Below are positions 36,499 through 43,145 of a stretch of 43,145 nt of DNA, piece after piece. The DNA is from Candidatus Eiseniibacteriota bacterium (GTDB lineage: Bacteria > Joyebacterota > Joyebacteria > Joyebacterales > Joyebacteraceae). Made by a program: the position numbers and the translations under genes. Location: contig JBDRFG010000119.1 in the NCBI GenBank assembly GCA_043819135.1, forward strand, positions 1 through 43,145. The letters run 5' to 3'. Position 1 is the first letter of the stretch; each line of letters begins with the position of its first letter. The notes beneath the pieces are model-generated. The model saw nothing but the letters and a program-made list of their open reading frames with translations. It had not been told where the DNA came from and did no database searches.

Positions 36499-36989
36499 GG
36501 CGAGCGCTGTACCCAGGCACGTTCGATCCAGTGACGAACGGCCACCTCGATCTGGTCAAGCGGGCGCTTCGGCTTTTTGACGGAGTGGTCGTGGCCGTCG
36601 GAACCGGACGCGACAAGTCTCCGATGTTCTCCGTCGAAGAGAGGATCGGGTTCTTCAGGGACGCCGTGCAGAACCTCGCCAATGTCGAGGTGATATCCAT
36701 CGACGGGCTCCTCGTCGACACCGTCAGCGAGACAGGCACCGTGGCCATCATCCGGGGCCTGAGAGAGGTGTCCGACTTCGAGTACGAGTTCCAGATGGCC
36801 CTCATGAACAGACGACTGGCGCGCGACATCGAGACCGTCTTCCTGATGCCGAGCCTGAGCTACATCTATCTCGATTCAACCATAATGAAGGAAGTGGCGC
36901 TCTTAGGCGGGGACGTCGACGGACTCGCGCCCGAGGCCGTCATCCGCGCGCTCCAGCAGAAGCGAGGGTCGCGCCGGCGCACCACCTGA
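36495..36989 (+). CDS. coaD: Phosphopantetheine adenylyltransferase
   Basis: YPGTFDPVTNGHLD, RGLR..SDFEYE.QMA.MNR, ETVFL; GTGA overlap with rsmD. Confidence 0.97.
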   Translation: MRRALYPGTFDPVTNGHLDLVKRALRLFDGVVVAVGTGRDKSPMFSVEERIGFFRDAVQNLANVEVISIDGLLVDTVSETGTVAIIRGLREVSDFEYEFQMALMNRRLARDIETVFLMPSLSYIYLDSTIMKEVALLGGDVDGLAPEAVIRALQQKRGSRRRTT

Positions 36990-37027
36990 GATTCGCCCGG
37001 AACGGCCGGACGGAACCGGAGGCGTTC

Positions 37028-38530
37028 TTGTCATCGTCAACAGCTGAGAATCACCGGCCCGCGCCCGGCAGGGCAACCACGCTCTCTCTCTCCAGGGCAA
37101 CCACACGTGCGCTCTCCAGGGCGGCCGGAGGCTCGCTCTCGTTCGCTCTCGAAGACAGGATCTGCTACTCGTTCGACGCGACGAACTTTCGCTCGATCCC
37201 TGACGCCGTCGTCTGGCCGCACTGCACGGATGACGTCTCGGCGGTCATCCGCGCGGCCGCGGCCGCGTGTCTTCCCGTCACGGCGAGAGGAGCCGGCACC
37301 GGCTACACGGGAGGGAGCGTCCCCGTGGCCGGGGGCATCGTCATGTCCTTCGAGAAGATGAACCGCGTGCTTTCGATCGACGTGGGACGAAGGGTCGCCG
37401 TCGTCGAGCCGGGAGTGATCAACAACGACCTCAGGGAAGAAGCCGAGGCCGCGGGTCTCTTCTATCCTCCTGACCCCGCCAGCCTTCTTGTCTCCACGAT
37501 AGGTGGGAACATCGCGGAGGGCGCGGGAGGCCCTCGGACGGTGCTTCACGGAACGACGCGCGACTACGTCGTCGGCCTCGAGCTCGTGCTCGCGGACGGC
37601 GCCGTGATCTCAACCGGTCTCCTGGCAGAAGGACGGGCCGTTTCATGGGATCCGGGGTCGCTGCTGGTCGCGTCCGAAGGAACCCTGGCCGTCGTGACGA
37701 AGGCGGCCCTGAGACTGTGTGACCGGCCCGAGCGCTTCGCGACGTTCTGGGCGGAGTTCCCATCGCTCTCAGAGGCCGCAACCGCCGTCGCTCGCATCAC
37801 CGCATCCGGTCTGCCAGTGGCGGTCCTCGAGATACTGGACCGGGAGACGCTGGCCTGTGCGACGGAGTACATCCGGGGGGCCAGGCCGGACTCGGTTCCG
37901 GAGGGGGCGCTTCTCATCGAACTGGAGGGTGAAGAGACCGCCGTGGTCGAGTCGGCGGAGAGACTTCGAAGCGAACTCGCCGGCAGCGCGGCGTCGAGCT
38001 TTCGAGAGGCGGCCGACCAGCTCGAGCGGGACGAGATATGGGAGATCCGGCGAGCGATCTCTCCCTCGCTTGCCAGGCTCGCATCAGGCAAGATCAACGA
38101 GGACATCGCGGTGCCGAGAAGCGCTATCCCGGCCTTCGTCCGGAGGATGCACGAGATCTCGGAATCGGCGGGGCTCCCGATACTGGCGTTCGGGCACGCC
38201 GGCGACGGCAATCTGCACGTTAACATAATGCTGGATCGCGCCGACCACGGCCAGATGCGCGCGGCGCGAACCGCGGTCGACCTCCTCTTCAAGGCGGCGC
38301 TCGAGATGGGCGGGACGCTGTCGGGAGAGCACGGGATCGGTATCACGAAGGCCGACCACCTCGCCGAAGAGCTGGGCGAGCCGGCGCTTCGCGCGACCTC
38401 GGCGGTCAAGCGCGCGCTCGACCCGACCGGCCTCCTGAATCCGGAGAAGATCATGACGGACCGACCGAACCCGTGGTGGCGGGACATCGACGAGGGCGCC
38501 GCGGCGGGACCGGAGGCCGCGTCGTGCTGA
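37028..38530 (+). CDS. FAD-linked oxidase, GlcD/D-lactate dehydrogenase family
   Basis: RGAGTGYTGG, VEPGV.N, YPPDPAS...STIGGN.AE.AGG, SEGTLA..T, EDIAVP, FGHAGDGNLH, GEHGIG, LNPEK; TTG start after GGAGG. Confidence 0.9.
   Translation: MSSSTAENHRPAPGRATTLSLSRATTRALSRAAGGSLSFALEDRICYSFDATNFRSIPDAVVWPHCTDDVSAVIRAAAAACLPVTARGAGTGYTGGSVPVAGGIVMSFEKMNRVLSIDVGRRVAVVEPGVINNDLREEAEAAGLFYPPDPASLLVSTIGGNIAEGAGGPRTVLHGTTRDYVVGLELVLADGAVISTGLLAEGRAVSWDPGSLLVASEGTLAVVTKAALRLCDRPERFATFWAEFPSLSEAATAVARITASGLPVAVLEILDRETLACATEYIRGARPDSVPEGALLIELEGEETAVVESAERLRSELAGSAASSFREAADQLERDEIWEIRRAISPSLARLASGKINEDIAVPRSAIPAFVRRMHEISESAGLPILAFGHAGDGNLHVNIMLDRADHGQMRAARTAVDLLFKAALEMGGTLSGEHGIGITKADHLAEELGEPALRATSAVKRALDPTGLLNPEKIMTDRPNPWWRDIDEGAAAGPEAASC
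37069..37122 (+). repeat. 24-bp imperfect tandem repeat at the N-terminus of the GlcD-like gene (RATTLSLS-RATTRALS-RA)
   Basis: cagggcaaccac at 37069 and 37093; ctctccagggc at 37088 and 37112. Confidence 0.8.
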
Positions 38531-39504
38531 TAGACACAGCGACCATAGAGGTCAGGGGCGGCGACGGTGGGAACGGCTGTAGCAGCTTCCGCAGAGAGAA
38601 GTTCGTGCCGCGGGGAGGCCCGAACGGCGGGGACGGCGGTCACGGCGGCAGCGTGGTCTTCGAAGCCGCGCGCGGCCTTTCATCTCTCCTCGATTTCCGT
38701 TACAGGCAGCACTACAAGGCGGAGAAGGGCCGCAACGGAAGCGGGGCGAACAAGCGCGGGCGCGACGGCGAGGACATCGTGCTTCTGGTCCCGCCCGGGA
38801 CCATCATAAAGGAGCACGAGTCCGGCGACGTGCTGGCCGACCTCGAGGAGGACGGCGCCCGCATCGTGATCGCGAAGGGCGGTCGCGGTGGAAGAGGCAA
38901 CGCGCGCTTTGCCACACCCGTCGAGCAGGCTCCACGGAAGTTCGAGGGAGGCAGGCCGGGTGATGAACTCGTCGTCGATCTCGAGCTCAAGCTCCTCGCG
39001 GACGTTGGGCTCGTCGGTCTTCCCAACGCCGGCAAGTCGACACTTCTGTCACGAGTGTCGGCGGCGAAACCCAAGACGGGCAACTTCCCCTTCACAACGT
39101 TGAGTCCCGTGCTGGGCATCGTCGGGCACGGCTCCGCCGACAGCTTCGTGATGGCCGACCTCCCCGGGCTCATCGAAGGCGCCCACCAGGGAAAGGGCCT
39201 CGGTCACAGGTTCCTCCGACACATCGAGCGGACGAGGGTCCTGGTGATCCTCCTCGACTCATCGAGTGAGACGCTGACGGACGACTACCGGACGCTTCTC
39301 CGCGAGCTCGAGAGCTTCGGACAGGGGCTCTCCGAGAAGCCCAGGATCGTGGCGCTCAACAAGGCCGACCTCTCTCCAGACGAGGTCGCTCCCGGTGCCG
39401 CGTTTGGGGGGGAGGAAGTCCACCGGATCTCGGGGATGTCGGGCCAGGGTCTGGACGGACTGCTGCACGCCCTGGTCGCGATGCTCGCCGAGCTGGACGA
39501 CTGA
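38524..39504 (+). CDS. obgE: Obg-family GTPase
   Basis: GGDGGNG..SFRREK..P.GGP.GGDGG, GG.GG.GN..F, LELKLLADVGLVG.PNAGKSTL, PFTTL.P, DLPG, NKAD. GTG start at 38524 after GGAGG. Confidence 0.97.
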   Translation: MLIDTATIEVRGGDGGNGCSSFRREKFVPRGGPNGGDGGHGGSVVFEAARGLSSLLDFRYRQHYKAEKGRNGSGANKRGRDGEDIVLLVPPGTIIKEHESGDVLADLEEDGARIVIAKGGRGGRGNARFATPVEQAPRKFEGGRPGDELVVDLELKLLADVGLVGLPNAGKSTLLSRVSAAKPKTGNFPFTTLSPVLGIVGHGSADSFVMADLPGLIEGAHQGKGLGHRFLRHIERTRVLVILLDSSSETLTDDYRTLLRELESFGQGLSEKPRIVALNKADLSPDEVAPGAAFGGEEVHRISGMSGQGLDGLLHALVAMLAELDD

Positions 39505-39595
39505 CGGGCCGCGCCGGTCGCCGGCGCGTATGAATGCGACTCCGGTCCGTCCGACCGGAACCGTGGCTTCCCCTGGGTAAGGGTGGTGGTGAGGC

Positions 39596-40786
39596 GTGAC
39601 CGAACGGGAGGCCGCGATGGTGCTCGCGCTGACGAACGGCGTGGGCCCGATGACCGCGGCACGGCTGCGCGGGACCTTCGGATCGTATCGGGAGGCAGCC
39701 AGGGTCATGGCCGGCGGCGCAGCCGGTCAGGGGTGCGTTCCTCCGCGAGTGGCCGCGGCCATCAGAGACGCCGTTTCGCAGCGCAACTGGGTGGTCGAAT
39801 CGGAGCTGGCCAGGCGGGCCGGCGCACGATTCGCTCTCCCGGGCGACGAGGACTACCCGGAAGTTCTGCTGGAGATCGCTGACGCTCCCGTCGGCATCTT
39901 CGTGTCGGGAGAGCCCCTCGGCCCGCTCGCGCCGATGATAGCGGTCGTTGGAAGCAGGACGCCGACCCCTCGCGGGGCAGCGGTCGCGGCCGAACTCGCG
40001 GCCGACCTGGTCAGGGCCGGATTGACCGTCGCAAGTGGGCTGGCGCGCGGCACGGACACAAAGGCGCACGAGGGTGCCCTCGATGCCGGAGGGCGAACCG
40101 TCGCGATCCTGGGTTGCGGGCTGGCGTGCGTGTATCCCCCGGAGAACGCGGGGCTGGCCAGAGACATCGTGGCGGGCGGCTCGCTCGTGAGCGAGTTTCC
40201 CATGCTGGCGGAGCCGAAGCCTGGTTGTTTCCCAAGACGCAACCGCATCATCTCCGGGCTCTCGGTAGGAGTCGTTGTTGTGGAGGCCGCCGCGAAGAGC
40301 GGAGCCCTCATAACGGCAGCCCGCGCGCTCGAACAGGGACGCGAGGTCTTCGCCGTGCCCGGTCCCGTTGACGAGCCACTGTCGGCCGGACCCAACCGAC
40401 TGATCAAGGCGGGAGCGAAGCTCACTGAGGACGCGGGAGACGTCCTGGATGAACTCGAGAGGGCCTGGGGGCCGTTTCCCGTGTCGAGGTCCGGTTGGTT
40501 GACCTCGGGCAGCGCGCACAAGGACGCTCCGCGGCAGTCCGACGCGAACATGGAAGCCCCGCGGCAATCCGACGCGGACGCGGAGCTTCCCCTTTCCCGT
40601 CGCGTGCTGTCACTTCTGTCGCTCAAGCCGGTGACGGTCGACGACCTCGTGGCCGGGACGGGAGCGCCCGTGGCGCTCGTGCTCTCGACACTTCTGAAAC
40701 TGGAACTCGCGGACGAGGTCCGGTCTTCACCGGGGGGGCGCTTCGTTCTGGGCAGCAGGGCGAGAGGGCGCGCCGGACGCGGGTAG
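39596..40786 (+). CDS. dprA: DNA-processing protein DprA
   Basis: YPE.L.EI.DAP, AVVGSR, SGLARG.D..AH.GAL, SEFP......FPRRNRIISGLS, VEA..KSGALITA..A.EQGREVFAVPG, C-terminal winged helix (L..LEL...V...PGG.F). Confidence 0.96.
   Translation: MTEREAAMVLALTNGVGPMTAARLRGTFGSYREAARVMAGGAAGQGCVPPRVAAAIRDAVSQRNWVVESELARRAGARFALPGDEDYPEVLLEIADAPVGIFVSGEPLGPLAPMIAVVGSRTPTPRGAAVAAELAADLVRAGLTVASGLARGTDTKAHEGALDAGGRTVAILGCGLACVYPPENAGLARDIVAGGSLVSEFPMLAEPKPGCFPRRNRIISGLSVGVVVVEAAAKSGALITAARALEQGREVFAVPGPVDEPLSAGPNRLIKAGAKLTEDAGDVLDELERAWGPFPVSRSGWLTSGSAHKDAPRQSDANMEAPRQSDADAELPLSRRVLSLLSLKPVTVDDLVAGTGAPVALVLSTLLKLELADEVRSSPGGRFVLGSRARGRAGRG
40526..40585 (+). repeat. 30-bp tandem duplication in the DprA linker (APRQSDANME-APRQSDADAE)
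   Basis: gctccgcggcagtccgacgcgaacatggaa / gccccgcggcaatccgacgcggacgcggag. Confidence 0.85.
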
Positions 40787-40797
40787 GAGGAGAACGG

Positions 40798-41940
40798 ATG
40801 GCCGCAGAACGACGGGCGAAGGTGGCCTTGGCGCGCTGCGAGACCTACGAGCGAGACGACGTGTCGAGAGCCGTCGGGGAGGTCCTCGACCACCTGGGAG
40901 GCATGGCGCAATTCGTCTCGCGTGGCGAGAAAGTTCTGTTGAAGCCCAATCTCCTCGCGGCCAAAGATCCCGACCGCGCGATAACCACGCACCCCGCCGT
41001 GATCGAGGCGGTCATCGAAGCGGTCAGAGAGGCCGGCGGCGAGCCCTCGATGGGCGACAGCCCCGGAGGAGCGCTCCGCGGGATCGAGCGCGTGTGGCGC
41101 AACACCGGGCTCAAGGAACTTTCCGACAGGACCGGCGTTCCTATCAGCAACTTCGAGGCCTCAGGGGCGCGAGAGGTCGAGGGCGAGCTCAGGTCGTACA
41201 TGATCGCCCAGCCGGTTCTCGACGCCGACGTCATCATCGGTCTCCCGAAGATGAAGACTCACGTTCTCACTCTCTACACCGGGTGCATCAAGAACATGTT
41301 CGGCGCGATACCCGGGTTCGCGAAGGGACGCCTTCACAGCATCGCGCCCAGGGCCGTGCCGTTCAGCAGACACGTGGTGGACGTCTTCTCCCTCGTCCAG
41401 CCCAGGCTTCACATTATGGACGCGGTCGTCGCCATGGAGGGGAACGGGCCCTCGGGCGGCAAGCCCAGGAAGGTCGGGGCCATCATAGGCGGCACTGACG
41501 CAGTGGCCGTTGACACCGTCGTAGCCGGAATGATGGGATACCGGGACGGACAGGTTCCCACCATCCGTTTCGCCGCCGCGAAGGGCCTCGGGACCAGACG
41601 GCGCGAGGACATCGAGATCGTCGGTGAAGACCCCCTGAGCTTCGATCTCGGGGGGTTCGAACTGCCCGGCACGACGATGCTCAACCTGCTCCCCGGTCCC
41701 GTCGTCAAGGCGCTCAGACCCTGGATATGGATCTGCCCGGAGATGTCGAAGGAGCGTGGCTGCCGCGCGGAAGCGTGCGCGCTCTGCGTAAGAAGCTGCC
41801 CCGTCGAGGCGATCGAGATGACCGAGTCGGGCCCCGTCGTTGACCGGAAGAAGTGCGTCGAGTGCCTCTGCTGCCACGAGGTGTGTCCGGAGGACGCGGT
41901 GGAGATCAGATTCTCCTGGTTGGCCAGCAAGTTCGTTTGA
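40798..41940 (+). CDS. DUF362-domain protein with C-terminal 2[4Fe-4S] ferredoxin-like domain
   Basis: KVLLKPNLL, TTHP.V, GDSPG, PK.KTH...YTG..KN.FG..PG, D....MEG.GP..G, D.VAVD; CRAEACALCVRSCP and CVECLCCHEVCP. ATG 40798 after AGGAGG. Confidence 0.9.
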   Translation: MAAERRAKVALARCETYERDDVSRAVGEVLDHLGGMAQFVSRGEKVLLKPNLLAAKDPDRAITTHPAVIEAVIEAVREAGGEPSMGDSPGGALRGIERVWRNTGLKELSDRTGVPISNFEASGAREVEGELRSYMIAQPVLDADVIIGLPKMKTHVLTLYTGCIKNMFGAIPGFAKGRLHSIAPRAVPFSRHVVDVFSLVQPRLHIMDAVVAMEGNGPSGGKPRKVGAIIGGTDAVAVDTVVAGMMGYRDGQVPTIRFAAAKGLGTRRREDIEIVGEDPLSFDLGGFELPGTTMLNLLPGPVVKALRPWIWICPEMSKERGCRAEACALCVRSCPVEAIEMTESGPVVDRKKCVECLCCHEVCPEDAVEIRFSWLASKFV

Positions 41941-41995
41941 CGCGTCAGACGCGACCTCGCGGGAGCGCCGACGTTCCCGCTCGTCAGGAGTGCGC

Positions 41996-42973
41996 ATGCC
42001 GAGGTCAAGGAAGATCACAGTACAGCACAGGCTGGAGTACGCGGCCGGGCGAGCGGCGCAGGCCGCGATCTGCGCGCTTCCCGCAGCATGGGCGCGCGGG
42101 GTGGGCGCTGCGCTCGGCGGCTTTGCTTTCTCCGTGCTCAGACTGCGCCGGGGCGTCGTGATGCAGCACCTGGAGAGGGTCTTCGCGGGCGAACGGAGCC
42201 ACGAAGAACTCGTCAGGATCGCGCGCGAGTCGTACAGGAACTTCGGTCGCATGACGTTCGAGTACATGCGCTTTCCCCGCATGACGCCGCAGGATGTCGA
42301 GGCGCTGATCACCGTAACCGGGGGAGAGCACATCGACGCGGCGCTCGAGGACGGCAGGGGCGCCATACTCGTGGCCGGCCATTTCGGGAACTGGGAGACC
42401 CTGGCGATGCTCGCGTGCAAGGGTTATCCAATGACGTTCCTGGTCGGCGAACAGCACAACATTCTCGTCGATGGGCTGATGAACCGGCTGCGCGCGCGTT
42501 TCGGCGGCGAACTCGTGCCGGTGACCGGCAATCTCATGGGGGTTCTGCGCGCGCTCCGCGGCAACAGGGTCGTCGCGATGCTTTCCGACCAGGACGCCGG
42601 CAGGAACGGGGTCTTCGTGGAGTTTCTGGGGAAGCCCGCGTCGACGCCGTACGGTCCCGGGCGCATGTCCGAGAGCACCGGCGCGCCGCTTCTGCCGTGC
42701 GCCATCGTAAGGCGCGGGGGAGGGGCCCACGAGATAGTAGTCTGCCCGCCCGTCGCGTTCCCCTCCAGTGATCTTCCCAAGAAGGAGAGGGTCAGGGTTC
42801 TGACACAGGGCTACACGGCGGTCTTCGGGCAGTTCATCCGGCAGTGCCCGGACCATTACTTCTGGATGCACAAGAGGTGGAAGACGCGCCCTCCCGAGGG
42901 GGACGGGTCCGCAGCCGGCGGGAACAAGGACGGGACCGCGGACGAGCAGCCGCGCCCCGGCAGGGGCGAGTAG
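41996..42973 (+). CDS. Lipid A late acyltransferase / lysophospholipid acyltransferase (LpxL/HtrB family)
   Basis: GHFGNWE (H-x4-E), DQDAG..GVFVEFLG..A.T, P.HYFWMHKRWK; ATG 41996 after AGGAG. Confidence 0.92.
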   Translation: MPRSRKITVQHRLEYAAGRAAQAAICALPAAWARGVGAALGGFAFSVLRLRRGVVMQHLERVFAGERSHEELVRIARESYRNFGRMTFEYMRFPRMTPQDVEALITVTGGEHIDAALEDGRGAILVAGHFGNWETLAMLACKGYPMTFLVGEQHNILVDGLMNRLRARFGGELVPVTGNLMGVLRALRGNRVVAMLSDQDAGRNGVFVEFLGKPASTPYGPGRMSESTGAPLLPCAIVRRGGGAHEIVVCPPVAFPSSDLPKKERVRVLTQGYTAVFGQFIRQCPDHYFWMHKRWKTRPPEGDGSAAGGNKDGTADEQPRPGRGE

Positions 42974-43057
42974 CCGCGGCTGGGTCACGGCGAGGCGCGC
43001 GTGCCCGGCCGCGCGACAGCAACCGCCGTCACGGCGTGAGTCACCACAGAAGTACGC

Positions 43058-43091
43058 GAAAGGAGCCGCCCCTCGGGCGGCTCCTTTCTTG
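43058..43091. terminator. Rho-independent terminator, probably bidirectional
   Basis: Perfect 14-bp dyad GAAAGGAGCCGCCC-CTC-GGGCGGCTCCTTTC followed by TTGT; lies between the last + gene and a probable converging - gene. Confidence 0.85.
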
Positions 43092-43120
43092 TGCCCTGCA
43101 TCGCTCTTGTACCGGGCCTT

Positions 43121-43145
43121 CTAGTTGCCCCAGCCGACCGAGAGG
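43121..43145 (-). CDS. Probable 3' end of a converging minus-strand gene (...LSVGWGN*)
   Basis: Minus-strand TAG at 43121-43123 just beyond the terminator; only 7 sense codons are visible. Confidence 0.3.

Overview
High-GC bacterial chromosomal segment from a diderm organism (LpxL-like acyltransferase, Omp85, beta-barrels). About 33 genes lie on the + strand, many translationally coupled, and the block ends in a bidirectional terminator at ~43.06 kb. Gene content suggests an FCB-superphylum lineage, probably outside classical Bacteroidota (inference only). The main feature is a ~16 kb outer-membrane secretion/sorting cluster (2126-18435). It holds a PorU-like C25 sortase, PorV, an M6 metalloprotease with FG-GAP repeats and a T9SS-type C-terminal domain, two paralogous DUF5683-like proteins, an NHL propeller, a ~1140-aa barrel with duplicated SprA-like motifs, and a 3-POTRA, possibly lipidated Omp85. 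No PorK/L/M/N motor genes are in the window. The rest is mostly core: accA (partial), PTS EIIA, a CBS protein, ligA, thiC-like, exonuclease-DinG, hutU-hutI plus split FTCD, a small 'KCGTP' lipoprotein, an ECF S component next to a plugged barrel, comEA with a PilS/PilR-like pair, rsmD, coaD, a GlcD-like oxidase, obgE, dprA, a DUF362-ferredoxin protein and an LpxL-like gene. I saw no rRNA, tRNA, CRISPR array or mobile element. All family calls come from motif recognition by eye, not from database searches.
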